Assembly: GCA_027490755.1 (NCBI GenBank)
Contig: JAIXXL010000024.1
Location: forward strand, 20,227 to 84,226
Source: Betaproteobacteria bacterium
GTDB lineage: Bacteria > Pseudomonadota > Gammaproteobacteria > Burkholderiales > UBA3065
Length of the DNA: 64,000 nucleotides
Reading direction: 5' to 3'
Each line of letters begins with the position of its first letter. Positions within the stretch are counted from its first letter, which is position 1. A program made the position numbers and the translations under genes. Positions 48,613-58,424 of the stretch are shown piece after piece. The notes beneath the pieces were generated by a model. That model saw only the letters and a list, made by a program, of their open reading frames with translations. It searched no databases and was not told where the DNA came from.

Positions 48613-49236
48613 ATGAACATCGACGCCCTCATCACCACCCTCGACAACGCTCTCCGCACGCTTGCTGGTCCCGCACACAGCGCCCGTCCGGTGCCGGGCA
48701 ACGACCTGCCGGAGGCCGACCTCGACGACCGTCAGAAGCAGAACGTGGCGCGCCTGATGCGCGTCAACCATGTCGGAGAGGTCTGCGCCCAGGCGCTCTA
48801 TGCCGGGCAGGCGCTTACGGCGCGCGATCCCAAGGTGCAGGCGGCCATGCGCGAGGCTGCGCAGGAGGAGACCGAGCACCTGGCCTGGACAGAGCAGCGT
48901 ATCGGCGAGCTTGGTGGCCGCAAGAGCCTCCTCAACCCGGTCTGGTACGCCGGCTCATTCGCCATGGGCGCCATCGCAGGCGCGCTTGGCGACCGGGTGA
49001 ACCTCGGCTTCCTGGCCGAGACCGAGCGTCAGGTCTACGACCATCTGGATGAGCATCTTTCGCGGCTGCCCGCGCAGGACGCGCGCTCGGCGGCCATCCT
49101 GCGGCAGATGCAGGACGACGAGGACCGGCACCGCCAGACCGCGCTACGGCAGGGCGGGGTGGAGCTTCCGGCCCCGGTCCAGGGCGCCATGCGTGCGGTC
49201 TCGCAGGTCATGACGCGCACCGCCTACTGGGTCTAG
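48613..49236 (+). CDS. coq7: Demethoxyubiquinone hydroxylase Coq7
   Basis: LMRVNHVGEVCAQALY, EETEHLAW, ETERQV..HL, DEDRH di-iron motifs. Confidence 0.95.
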   Translation: MNIDALITTLDNALRTLAGPAHSARPVPGNDLPEADLDDRQKQNVARLMRVNHVGEVCAQALYAGQALTARDPKVQAAMREAAQEETEHLAWTEQRIGELGGRKSLLNPVWYAGSFAMGAIAGALGDRVNLGFLAETERQVYDHLDEHLSRLPAQDARSAAILRQMQDDEDRHRQTALRQGGVELPAPVQGAMRAVSQVMTRTAYWV

Positions 49237-49664
49237 GCGGCGGGGCTCGCCAGTTCGACCACCTCGTGGCTGTGCGTCACCTCGGCGGTCTTGGCCAGCA
49301 TCATGGTCGCCGAGCAGTATTTCTCAGCCGACAGGCGGATGGCGTGCTCGACGCGGTTGGGCAGCAGGTTGCGGCCCGAGACGATGAAGTGCAGGTGGAT
49401 CTTGGTGAACACCTTGGGGTCGGTGGCGGCGCGTTCGGCCGTCACCTTGACCTCGCAGCCCGCCACGTCCTGCTTGCTGTTGCGCAGGATGGTGACGATG
49501 TCATAGCTGGTGCATCCGCCTGCACCCACCAGCAGCATCTCCATCGGACGGGGGCCGAGGTTGCGGCCGCCACCCTCGGGCGCACCGTCCATCACCACGG
49601 CGTGTCCGCTCCCGGTCTCTCCGACGAAGCAGACGTTCTCGAGCAGTTTTACGCGGGCTTCCAA
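49233..49664 (-). CDS. OsmC family protein (YhfA-like)
   Basis: GPRPME, GGCTSYD, LSAEKYCSA; RBS caggag before TTG 49664. Confidence 0.9.
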   Translation of the reverse strand: MEARVKLLENVCFVGETGSGHAVVMDGAPEGGGRNLGPRPMEMLLVGAGGCTSYDIVTILRNSKQDVAGCEVKVTAERAATDPKVFTKIHLHFIVSGRNLLPNRVEHAIRLSAEKYCSATMMLAKTAEVTHSHEVVELASPAA

Positions 49665-49800
49665 GGCAGGCTCCTGTAGGTGTCGGGGGTAGGGCGGCGA
49701 TGCTAGCACGGGGTGCCGGATTCATTGACTTGGGCATCGTGCCCACACTACAATCTCGGGCTTTTGGTGAACCGGCAACACGCCGCACGAGATTCCAACA

Positions 49801-50229
49801 ATGAAAACGTTCTCCGCCAAGCCGCACGAAGTACAGCGCGACTGGTTTGTGGTCGATGGCACCGACAAGGTCCTCGGCCGACTTGCTTCAGCTATTGCTC
49901 ACCGCCTGCGCGGCAAGCACAAGGCCATCTACACCCCGCACGTCGATACCGGCGACTTCATCGTCGTGGTCAACGTCGAGAAGATCAAGGTCACCGGCAA
50001 CAAGGCTCTGGACAAGAAGTACTACCGTCACAGCGGCTACCCCGGCGGCATCACCGAGACCACCTTCGGCAAGATGCAAGAGCGTTTCCCGGGCCGTGCG
50101 CTGGAGAAGGCCGTCAAGGGCATGCTGCCCAAGGGCCCGCTCGGCTACGCCATGCTGAAGAAGCTCAAGGTCTACGCCGGCGACAGCCACCCGCACAGCG
50201 CCCAGCAGCCGCGCGCCCTGGAAATCTGA
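49801..50229 (+). CDS. rplM: 50S ribosomal protein L13
   Basis: [29 protein letters not shown]. Confidence 0.98.
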   Translation: MKTFSAKPHEVQRDWFVVDGTDKVLGRLASAIAHRLRGKHKAIYTPHVDTGDFIVVVNVEKIKVTGNKALDKKYYRHSGYPGGITETTFGKMQERFPGRALEKAVKGMLPKGPLGYAMLKKLKVYAGDSHPHSAQQPRALEI

Positions 50230-50240
50230 GGAGTCACCCA

Positions 50241-50633
50241 GTGATCGGTAAGTACTACTACGGAACCGGCCGCCGCAAAAGTTCGGTCGCCCGCGTCTTC
50301 ATCCAGTCCGGCAGCGGAAAGTTCGTCATCAACGGCAAGTCGATCGACGAATACTTCGCCCGCGAGACCGGCCGCATGGTTGCCCGCCAACCGCTCGAAG
50401 TCACCGCGAATGTCGGCAGCTTCGACGTCACTGTGAACGTCGACGGTGGTGGCGAGTCCGGCCAGGCCGGCGCCGTTCGCCACGGGCTGGCGCGTGCACT
50501 GGTCGACTACAACGCTGACCTCAAGGGTGAGCTGCGCCGCCACGGCCTGATGACCCGCGACGCTCGCGAGGTCGAACGCAAGAAGGTCGGTTTCCACAAG
50601 GCCCGCCGGCGCAAGCAGTTCAGCAAGCGCTAA
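50241..50633 (+). CDS. rpsI: 30S ribosomal protein S9
   Basis: [34 protein letters not shown]; GTG start after gaggag. Confidence 0.98.
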   Translation: MIGKYYYGTGRRKSSVARVFIQSGSGKFVINGKSIDEYFARETGRMVARQPLEVTANVGSFDVTVNVDGGGESGQAGAVRHGLARALVDYNADLKGELRRHGLMTRDAREVERKKVGFHKARRRKQFSKR

Positions 50634-50641
50634 GGCCGCAG

Positions 50642-50670
50642 AAAAAGACCGCCCCCGGGCGGTTTTTTTT
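50642..50670 (+). terminator. Intrinsic terminator after rpsI
   Basis: aaaaagaccgccc-cc-gggcggtttttttt. Confidence 0.8.
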
Positions 50671-50698
50671 CGTCCGCCCCGTTGCAAGGAATTCATCC

Positions 50699-51748
50699 AT
50701 GACCACAGCCACCCCGTCCATCAAGGTCGGCGTTGTCGGCGGCACCGGCTACACCGGTGTCGAGTTGCTGCGCCTGCTCGCCGCCCACCCCTTGGTCAGG
50801 CTTGCCGTCATCACCTCGCGCGGTGATGCGGGAACGCCCGTCGCCAACATGTTTCCCAACCTGCGGGGGCGTGTCGATCTGGCGTTCACCGCGCCCGATC
50901 CGGCTGCGCTGGCCGCCTGCGACGTGGTCTTCTTCGCCACGCCCAACGGCATCGCCATGAAGGAGGCCGGCGATCTGCTGGGAAAGGGTGTCAAGGTCAT
51001 CGACCTCGCCGCCGACTTCCGCATCAAGGACGTTCCGGAGTGGGAGGCCTGGTATGGCATGCCCCACGCCAGCCCCGCGCTGGTGGCGGAGGCCGTCTAT
51101 GGCCTGCCCGAGTTCAACCGCGACGCTATCCGCGGCGCCTGTCTGGTTGCCAACCCCGGCTGCTACCCCACCGCGGTGCAGTTGGGCTTCATGCCGCTGC
51201 TGCGCGCTGGCGTGGTCGACCCGGCCAGCCTCATCGCCGATTGCAAGTCTGGCGTCAGCGGCGCCGGCCGCAAGGCCGAGGTGCACACCCTGTTCGCCGA
51301 GGCTGGCGACAACTTCAAGGCCTATGCCGTGCCGGGCCACAGGCATCTGCCAGAGATCCGCCAGGGTCTAACCGGCGTGGCTGGCGCCGCTGTGGGGTTG
51401 ACCTTCGTGCCGCACCTTACGCCGATGATCCGCGGCATCCACGCCACGCTCTATGCGCGGCTGACCGACCGCAGCGCCGACTTGCAGGCGCTGTTCGAGC
51501 GCACCTACGCCGGCGAGCCGTTTGTCGATGTCATGCCGGCTGGCTCGCACCCCGAGACGCGTTCGCTGCGCGGCGCCAACACCTGCCGCATCGCCATACA
51601 CCGTCCACAGGGCGGGGATACTGTGGTGGTGCTCTCCGCCATCGACAACCTGGTCAAGGGCGCCGCTGGCCAGGCCATCCACAACATGAACCTGATGTTC
51701 GGCCTGCCCGAGACCACGGGCATCGACGGCATCGCCCTGTTGCCATGA
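50699..51748 (+). CDS. argC: N-acetyl-gamma-glutamyl-phosphate reductase
   Basis: [34 protein letters not shown]. Confidence 0.97.
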   Translation: MTTATPSIKVGVVGGTGYTGVELLRLLAAHPLVRLAVITSRGDAGTPVANMFPNLRGRVDLAFTAPDPAALAACDVVFFATPNGIAMKEAGDLLGKGVKVIDLAADFRIKDVPEWEAWYGMPHASPALVAEAVYGLPEFNRDAIRGACLVANPGCYPTAVQLGFMPLLRAGVVDPASLIADCKSGVSGAGRKAEVHTLFAEAGDNFKAYAVPGHRHLPEIRQGLTGVAGAAVGLTFVPHLTPMIRGIHATLYARLTDRSADLQALFERTYAGEPFVDVMPAGSHPETRSLRGANTCRIAIHRPQGGDTVVVLSAIDNLVKGAAGQAIHNMNLMFGLPETTGIDGIALLP

Positions 51749-51813
51749 GGGTTGAAGTGGCACCCGCCTGTCCCCATAATCCGCAATAGCAACCTTTTGC
51801 CAAGGACTTAGCC

Positions 51814-52179
51814 ATGAACGCAGTCACCGACCTTGCCGTCACCGAGACGCCCGCCCCCATCCTGCTGACCGACAGCGCCGTCGCCAAGGTGCTGGACCTC
51901 ATCGCCGAGGAAGGCAACCCGGAGATCCGCCTCCGCGTGTTCGTCAGCGGTGGTGGCTGCTCGGGCTTCCAGTACGGTTTCCAGTTCGAAGAGGCGACTG
52001 CCGAGGACGACACCGTGATCGAACGTGGCGGGGTGACCCTGCTGTGCGATCCGATGAGCTACCAGTACCTGGTCGGCGCCGAGATCGACTACAGCGAGGG
52101 CATCGAGGGTGCGCAATTCGTCATCCGCAACCCGAACGCCAGCACCACCTGCGGCTGCGGATCGTCTTTCTCGGTCTAA
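51814..52179 (+). CDS. erpA: Fe-S cluster insertion protein ErpA
   Basis: [18 protein letters not shown]. Confidence 0.94.
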   Translation: MNAVTDLAVTETPAPILLTDSAVAKVLDLIAEEGNPEIRLRVFVSGGGCSGFQYGFQFEEATAEDDTVIERGGVTLLCDPMSYQYLVGAEIDYSEGIEGAQFVIRNPNASTTCGCGSSFSV

Positions 52180-52202
52180 GCCAACCTCCAGAGTAGGTGG
52201 AC

Positions 52203-52228
52203 GGGGCCCTGCGGGGCCCCTTGTTTTT
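52203..52228 (+). terminator. Intrinsic terminator after erpA
   Basis: ggggccc-tgcg-gggcccc followed by ttgttttt. Confidence 0.7.
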
Positions 52229-52292
52229 GCTACTGCGGCCCTGTCGGCGCAGGTACGCGATGGGCGCGCCGGTCGGGCGGCCTCACACGGCC

Positions 52293-53486
52293 TTAGCCCT
52301 GCGTGGGCGGGGCTGGGTAGACAGCCCCGAGCACGCGTGGCCCACGGGCGCCGGTGACCGACGGCAGGTTGCCCGGCAAGCCCGCCAGACGCTGGCGGGC
52401 CAGCCACGCGAAGGCGGCAGCTTCGACGTGCATCGGGTCCAGACCGATCGCCGCCGTCACGTCGACCGTGCGCCCAGGCATGGCTCCGCGCAGGCGCGTG
52501 AACAGGTCTGCGTTGAGTGTGCCGCCACCACAAACCAGCACCGCGCGACAGGTCGGGGCATAGCGCTCAACAGCATCAGCCACCGCTCTCGCCGTCAATT
52601 CGGCCAGCGTTGCCTGGACATCCGCCGCCGGCAGGCCCTCAAGTGCCATGCCCTCGAGCCAGTAGATATCGAAATCCTCGCGTCCGCAGCTTTTGGGCGG
52701 TGTGCGCGCGAAGAACGGATGCGCCAGCAGCCGCTCGAGCAGGTCCGGCAGGACTGTTCCGCTGGCCGCCCAGGCACCGTCCGCGTCGAAGGCAGCGCCG
52801 CGGCAGCGCGCGATCCATGCGTCCAGCAACACATTGCCGGGGCCGCAGTCGAAGCCGGTGACGGGCCGTTGCGGGTCGAGCACAGTCAGGTTGGCCATGC
52901 CGCCGATGTTCAGCACTACGCGTGGAACCATGGTTCCCAGCAGCGCGGCGTGGAACGCTGGCACCAGTGGCGCGCCCTGGCCGCCTGCCGCCACGTCGGC
53001 GGTGCGGAAGTCGCAGACCACGGGTATTCCCGTGAACTCGGCGAGCATCGCGCCGTCCAGCAACTGGATGGTGTAGCCGGCATCGGGCTGGTGGCGCACG
53101 GTCTGGCCGTGCGCGCCGATGGCCGCAACGTCGGTCGGCCCGAGGCCGTTCGCATGGAGCAGCGGCAGCAGGGTGTCCGCACAGTGTCGGGCCAGATGGT
53201 TGGCGGCAGATGCCGCTCGCGCCAGCTCGTTTGTGCCATCAGCCTGTTGCAGCGCCATCAACTCCGAGCGCAGTCCCGGCGGGAAGGGCTGGTGTGCGTG
53301 GTGGATGGCGGTCACATAGGTCGACTCCTCGACCGCGTAAGAAGTCTCCCCAGGCGCCCTGTCGGTAGCCGGCGGTATATCTTCGAACTGGACGAGTATG
53401 GCGTCGACGCCGTCGAGGCTGGTGCCGGACATCAAGCCAGCGAACCAACTCGGGCCGCCTGGCGGCCCACCCACATCAGACATCAC
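52293..53486 (-). CDS. anmK: Anhydro-N-acetylmuramic acid kinase
   Basis: GLMSGTSLDGVD, HGQTVRH, GGQGAPLVP, FDCGPGN, EAAAFAWLA. Confidence 0.95.
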   Translation of the reverse strand: MMSDVGGPPGGPSWFAGLMSGTSLDGVDAILVQFEDIPPATDRAPGETSYAVEESTYVTAIHHAHQPFPPGLRSELMALQQADGTNELARAASAANHLARHCADTLLPLLHANGLGPTDVAAIGAHGQTVRHQPDAGYTIQLLDGAMLAEFTGIPVVCDFRTADVAAGGQGAPLVPAFHAALLGTMVPRVVLNIGGMANLTVLDPQRPVTGFDCGPGNVLLDAWIARCRGAAFDADGAWAASGTVLPDLLERLLAHPFFARTPPKSCGREDFDIYWLEGMALEGLPAADVQATLAELTARAVADAVERYAPTCRAVLVCGGGTLNADLFTRLRGAMPGRTVDVTAAIGLDPMHVEAAAFAWLARQRLAGLPGNLPSVTGARGPRVLGAVYPAPPTQG

Positions 53487-54793
53487 TCGAAGCGGGCGAC
53501 GACCGTCTGCTTGGCGAAGCCGATGTGGCGCAGCGCGATCGAGCGCTGCTGTTCAAACGCGTGACGGGACTCGCCGGTCAGGGGCGCCGCTTCGGCCATG
53601 CGCACCGTCTGCGGGTCGATCTGCGTTCCCTTCACGCGGAACTCGTAGTGCAGGTGGGGCCCGGTGGCGAGACCGGTGGCACCAACATAACCGATGGTGT
53701 CGCCCTGGCCTATGCGGGCGCCACGGCGGACCCCGGGGCCGAAGCCCGACAGGTGCCCGTAGGCCGTGCTGTAGCTGTTGCCGTGTGCGATGACCACGAG
53801 GTTGCCGTAACCGCCCGAGTAGCCCGCCGCCTCGACCACGCCGTCGGCGGTGGCGCGGACCCGCGCGCCGCTGGGGGCGCCGTAGTCGACACCGCGGTGG
53901 GCGCGCCATTCCTGCAGCACGGGATGGAAGCGTGCGGCCGAGAAACCTGACGTGATGCGCGAGAACTCAAGTGGCGACATCAGGAACTGGCGACGCAGGC
54001 TCTTGCCGTCCGCGGTGTAGTAGGCGCCGCGTTGGCCATGCGGTTCGAACCAGTAGGCGCTGTGGGTGGCATCACCATTGCTGAACTCGGCTGCGATGAC
54101 GCGGCCACTGGAGGCGGCTTCACCGTTGCGCAGGTTCTGCTCGTAGACCAGCCAGAAACGGTCGCCCTTGCGCAGGCCGCGGTGGAAGTCGACAACACCG
54201 GAGAAGATCTCTGCAAGCTGCACGGCCACTGCGTCCGGGATGCCTGCGTCGTCGGTGGCGGCAAACAGCGAGCTGCGGATCTCACCGCTGGCGAAACGCG
54301 GCACGGTCTGCAGGTCGGATTCCGAGGTACGTACGGTGAAACCGTCACCAACAGAATCGATCTCGACGCGGTCGCCGCTCGCGCCATTGAAGGCCAGTTT
54401 CTGCAGCACGCCTTCGGCATCTACACCAACCTCGATCGCCTGGCCGGGCTCGAGACTGCCCAGAACACGACGAGTCGACGACTCGGCCAACAGGCGCGCG
54501 ATATCGGCGGCCGAGACACCGGCGCGCGAGAGCACATCGCCCATGGTGTCACCACGGCGCACAACAGGGGAGAAACGGAAAGCGTTCTCGTCCTCGAAGC
54601 TCACGGTTTCGAGGGAGAAGCCATCGGGGGCATCGACGGTGCGCAGCGACTGAGGGTCAAGGCTGCTCGGCGGGGCAACACCGAGGGCGGTGAAGACCAT
54701 GAGGCAGCCGGTCGCGGCGAGCACGGTGCCGATGCCGCCACGCCACAATTTGTGACGTCGATTGGCAGAGATCCGGGCGCGAAGGTCGGTCAT
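53483..54793 (-). CDS. M23 family peptidoglycan endopeptidase (MepM/YebA-like)
   Basis: N-terminal TM, HRGVDY, YGHLS, TGPHLHYE; upstream of anmK. Confidence 0.92.
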   Translation of the reverse strand: MTDLRARISANRRHKLWRGGIGTVLAATGCLMVFTALGVAPPSSLDPQSLRTVDAPDGFSLETVSFEDENAFRFSPVVRRGDTMGDVLSRAGVSAADIARLLAESSTRRVLGSLEPGQAIEVGVDAEGVLQKLAFNGASGDRVEIDSVGDGFTVRTSESDLQTVPRFASGEIRSSLFAATDDAGIPDAVAVQLAEIFSGVVDFHRGLRKGDRFWLVYEQNLRNGEAASSGRVIAAEFSNGDATHSAYWFEPHGQRGAYYTADGKSLRRQFLMSPLEFSRITSGFSAARFHPVLQEWRAHRGVDYGAPSGARVRATADGVVEAAGYSGGYGNLVVIAHGNSYSTAYGHLSGFGPGVRRGARIGQGDTIGYVGATGLATGPHLHYEFRVKGTQIDPQTVRMAEAAPLTGESRHAFEQQRSIALRHIGFAKQTVVARFE

Positions 54794-54835
54794 TGGGGCA
54801 AAATTACCACAACTCAGACGCTCGGCAAACCCAAG

Positions 54836-55855
54836 TTGCCAACTGCAAACCACTTTGTCATCCGCCTGACCGACTGGCAGAGGGTTGCCGGACGGCACAA
54901 CTTGCCCTGGCAGGGTACCGGCGATCCCTACCGCGTCTGGGTGTCCGAGGTGATGCTGCAGCAGACTCAGGTCGCCACCGTGTTGCCGGCCTTCGTGCGT
55001 TTTATAGAGCATTTCCCCGACGTCACGTCGCTCGCCGCGGCACCCCTGGATGACGTCATGGGTCTGTGGTCCGGGCTCGGATATTACAGCCGGGCGCGCA
55101 ACCTGCACCGCGCCGCGACCCTGGTTGCGGCATGCGGCAGCTTCCCTGACGACTTGCAGGGCCTGATGGCGCTGCCGGGAGTAGGGCGCTCGACTGCCGC
55201 GGCGGTCCTGTCGCTGGCCTTCGACCGTCCGGCTGCGATCCTCGACGGCAATGTGCGTCGCGTGATGGCGCGACACGCGTTCATCCCCGGCTGGCCAGGC
55301 GATCCAGCGGTGGCGCGACGTCTTTGGGCAGAGGCCGAGGCCCGTCTCCCGCCAGCCGATGCGCCGCCGGGGACTGCTGCCACTTACACGCAGGCCCTTA
55401 TGGACCTCGGCGCTACCGTCTGCCACCGGCGTCGCCCCGATTGCGGTAGGTGTCCGGTCGCTGCCGACTGTCAGGCCCGACTCGCCGGCGACGTCGAGTC
55501 GGTCCCCTCGCCACGCCCGGCGCGGGAGCGCCCTCTGCGCCGCGTAGAACTGCTGCTCGATTGCTCGGCCGAGGGCGTCGCCCTGGTGCGGCGCCCCGAG
55601 CGAGGCGTCTGGGGCGGCCTCTGGTGCCTGCCCGAGGGGCCTTGCGATGTCGAGTGGCACACGTTGCGCCACGATCTCACGCATCTGCGGCTGGAGATCG
55701 TCGTCGGCCGGGGTGCTGCCGTGCCAGCGGCGGCCGATCAATTTGTCTGGGACGAGGTCTGGCAGCTCGGCCTGCCGCAACCGGTGCGCCAGCTGCTACT
55801 GATGGCTCACGCGGAGTCCCTGTCTTTGGCCGGGCAGGGGGGGCATCTTGAGTAG
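54836..55855 (+). CDS. mutY: A/G-specific adenine glycosylase (start approximate)
   Basis: GRHNLPWQ, SEVMLQQTQV, WSGLGYYSRARNL, LPGVGRSTA, 4Fe-4S Cys motif. Confidence 0.93.
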   Translation: MPTANHFVIRLTDWQRVAGRHNLPWQGTGDPYRVWVSEVMLQQTQVATVLPAFVRFIEHFPDVTSLAAAPLDDVMGLWSGLGYYSRARNLHRAATLVAACGSFPDDLQGLMALPGVGRSTAAAVLSLAFDRPAAILDGNVRRVMARHAFIPGWPGDPAVARRLWAEAEARLPPADAPPGTAATYTQALMDLGATVCHRRRPDCGRCPVAADCQARLAGDVESVPSPRPARERPLRRVELLLDCSAEGVALVRRPERGVWGGLWCLPEGPCDVEWHTLRHDLTHLRLEIVVGRGAAVPAAADQFVWDEVWQLGLPQPVRQLLLMAHAESLSLAGQGGHLE

Positions 55856-56276
55856 CAGCGGTATCTGCTTCGAATTCCCGGTGCGCGTCTATTACGAGGA
55901 CACCGACGCCGGTGGGGTTGTCTACTTCGCCAATTACATGCGTTTCATGGAGCGGGCCCGCACCGAGTGGCTGCGCCGGCTCGGTTTTGACCAGAGCGAG
56001 CTGCGTGAGCGGCAGGGCATCCTGTTCGTGGTGCGCGGCGTCGAGGCCACCTACCACCGTCCGGCGAGGCTCGACGACGCGCTCACCGTACAATCCCGAC
56101 TGACCTCGCTCAGCCGGGTCGCGCTGCGCTTCGACCAGTCGATCGAACGCGAGGGTGAGACCCTGGTCAGCGGCAGCAGCGACGTGATCTGTGTCGGGGC
56201 AGATTCTCTGCGGCCGAGCCGGATGCCCGAGCCGCTGATGCGGGTGCTGCAAGAGGTCGCCTCGCCGGGCCACTAA
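55848..56276 (+). CDS. ybgC: Tol-pal-associated acyl-CoA thioesterase
   Basis: RVYYEDTDAGGVVYFANY. Confidence 0.94.
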   Translation: MSSSGICFEFPVRVYYEDTDAGGVVYFANYMRFMERARTEWLRRLGFDQSELRERQGILFVVRGVEATYHRPARLDDALTVQSRLTSLSRVALRFDQSIEREGETLVSGSSDVICVGADSLRPSRMPEPLMRVLQEVASPGH

Positions 56277-56323
56277 CGAGGCCCTCGCGGGCTGTTTTCC
56301 CCACTTGAAACGTCAGGACCCTG

Positions 56324-57007
56324 ATGAACGCCAGTACAGACCTCTCACTCCTCACCCTGATCCAGGATGCCAGCCTGCTGGTGCAACTGGTCATGCTTAT
56401 CCTGCTCGCCGCCTCGGGGCTGTCCTGGTGGTACATCTTCCGCAAGCGCTTCGCCATCGCCGAGCAGCGCAAGCTGGCTGAGGAGTTTGAGCAGCGCTTC
56501 TGGAAGGGTGGCGACCTGCAGTTGCTGTACCAGGGTCTTGCGGGTTCTGACGGCGGCGCGATGGGGCGGGTCTTCCGCGCCGGCTACGAGGAGTTCGTCA
56601 AGCTGCACAAGCAGACCGGCATCGACCCGGTGTCGATGTCAGACAGCACCCGGCGCGCCATGCAGGCCACCTACCGTCGCGAGATGGACGTGCTGGAGTC
56701 GCACTTGTCCTTTATCGCTTCGGTCGGTTCGGTCTCGCCCTACATCGGTCTGTTCGGCACCGTGTGGGGCATCATGAATTCGTTCCGCGGCCTCGCCAAT
56801 GTGTCGCAGGCCACGCTGGCGCAGGTGGCCCCGGGCATCGCCGAGGCGCTGGTCGCCACTGCCATGGGCCTGTTCGCTGCCATCCCGGCGGTGATTGCCT
56901 ACAACCGCTTCAGCGATGACATCGACCGCCTGTCGATCCGCCTCGAGAGCTTCATGGAAGAGTGCGCCAACATCCTGCAGCGTCAGTCCTCCCGCGGTTC
57001 GCGTTAG
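56324..57007 (+). CDS. tolQ: TolQ
   Basis: SPYIGLFGTVWGIM, APGIAEALVATAMGL. Confidence 0.96.
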   Translation: MNASTDLSLLTLIQDASLLVQLVMLILLAASGLSWWYIFRKRFAIAEQRKLAEEFEQRFWKGGDLQLLYQGLAGSDGGAMGRVFRAGYEEFVKLHKQTGIDPVSMSDSTRRAMQATYRREMDVLESHLSFIASVGSVSPYIGLFGTVWGIMNSFRGLANVSQATLAQVAPGIAEALVATAMGLFAAIPAVIAYNRFSDDIDRLSIRLESFMEECANILQRQSSRGSR

Positions 57008-57016
57008 GCGCCCAAG

Positions 57017-57448
57017 ATGAGTGCACGTCGCCAGCGCCGCCTCAAGGCCGAGATCAATGTCGTCCCCTACATCGACGTCATGCTTGTTCTGCTGGTCATC
57101 TTCATGGTGACGGCGCCGATGGTGCAGCCGGTCGAGATCACACTGCCCTCGGTGGGCAAGGGCGCGCAGCCGGCAGCCAAGCCGGTCGAGGTGCGTGTCG
57201 ACAGCGAGGGGCGCCTGCAGTGGCGAGACCTCGCCGCGGGCGATGCTTTCCTGTCCGGCAACGAGGGCGCGCTGGTCGCCGCGGTGAAGGCCGCGCAGGC
57301 CAAGGATCCGCAAAAGCCGGTGGTGATCGCCGCGGACAAGGCGGTACGGTACGAGAAGGTGCTGCGGGTGATGGACATCTTGCAGCGTGAGAACGTCGCC
57401 CGTGTCGGCTTGCTCGCCCAGCCCTTGCCGGCGTCGCCGCGGCGCTGA
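57017..57448 (+). CDS. tolR: TolR
   Basis: EINVVPYIDVMLVLLVIFMVTAP. Confidence 0.95.
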   Translation: MSARRQRRLKAEINVVPYIDVMLVLLVIFMVTAPMVQPVEITLPSVGKGAQPAAKPVEVRVDSEGRLQWRDLAAGDAFLSGNEGALVAAVKAAQAKDPQKPVVIAADKAVRYEKVLRVMDILQRENVARVGLLAQPLPASPRR

Positions 57449-57481
57449 CCCGGCCCCTCAGGCCAGCAGACCTTGAACGCA

Positions 57482-58354
57482 ATGTCTCCTCACGCCCCGC
57501 CGCCCAAGGCCGAGCGGCCCGGCCTCGCGGGGCTGCTGGCGCTGCTGGTGCACCTGCTGTTCCTTGGCCTGATGGTGTTCGCGGTGAGCTGGCAGACCCG
57601 GCCGCTGCCCGTCGTCGCCGAGGTCTGGGACGCTCTGCCGGGCCCGGAGACGGCCCCACCATCGCAGCCGGAGCCTGCCCCCGCAGAGCCACCGCCCCCG
57701 CCACCGAAGCCTGTGCCGCCGGAACCCAAGCCCGCACCTGAGCCACCGCGTCCAAAGACCGCCGAGCCGCCGCCCAAGCCGGCGCCTGAGCCCAAGGTGA
57801 AGACGCCGCCCGCGCCCGAGCCGAAGGCCGACATCGCACTCCAGAAGGAGAAGAAGCAAAAGGAGGCCGAGCGTTTGGCCGAGGTCGAGTCGCGGCACAA
57901 GCGCGAACTGGCCGAGGCGGCACGTCGCGACGACGAGCTCCGCCGCGAGGCCGAGGCGGCACGAAACGCTGCGCAGGTGGCCGAACAGGCGCGCCAGCGC
58001 GAGCAGGAGGCTGCACAGGCCGCCGCGGCCGAGCAGCAGCGCCAGCGCGATGCACAGGCGGCGCAGCAGGCTCGCGCTCGTGCTTTGGATATCTACCGCT
58101 CGCAGATCGTGCGCGCGGTCCGCTCGCGTCTGGTCGAGCCGCCTGGCGTTCAGGGCAACCCGCAGGCTGAGGTCAAGGTTCTGCAGTTGCCCAACGGCGA
58201 GGTGGTTTCCGCCAAGCTGAGCCGTTCAAGCGGCGACCCCGCCTTCGACGCCGCGGTGGAGCGCGCCGTGCTGGCAGCCAGCCCGCTGCCGCTCCCGGTC
58301 GACCGAGGCCTTTTCAGCCGCGATCTCGTGCTGCAGTTCCGCCTGCGCGAATAG
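57482..58354 (+). CDS. tolA: TolA
   Basis: TM with conserved His, Pro-rich linker, coiled coil, SSGDPAFDAAVERAV C-domain. Confidence 0.92.
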   Translation: MSPHAPPPKAERPGLAGLLALLVHLLFLGLMVFAVSWQTRPLPVVAEVWDALPGPETAPPSQPEPAPAEPPPPPPKPVPPEPKPAPEPPRPKTAEPPPKPAPEPKVKTPPAPEPKADIALQKEKKQKEAERLAEVESRHKRELAEAARRDDELRREAEAARNAAQVAEQARQREQEAAQAAAAEQQRQRDAQAAQQARARALDIYRSQIVRAVRSRLVEPPGVQGNPQAEVKVLQLPNGEVVSAKLSRSSGDPAFDAAVERAVLAASPLPLPVDRGLFSRDLVLQFRLRE

Positions 58355-58424
58355 CCCGCCCACGGGGCACCCCCGGCCCGCGTTGCCGGTCGACCTTGCC
58401 AAGAATTCGGCTATCCTCACGCCC

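Noticed and set aside
53483-55780. 765-aa version of the M23 peptidase and 607-aa version of MutY
   Set aside because: The N-terminal extensions overlap each other's real genes; homologous sequence begins near 54793 and 54836.
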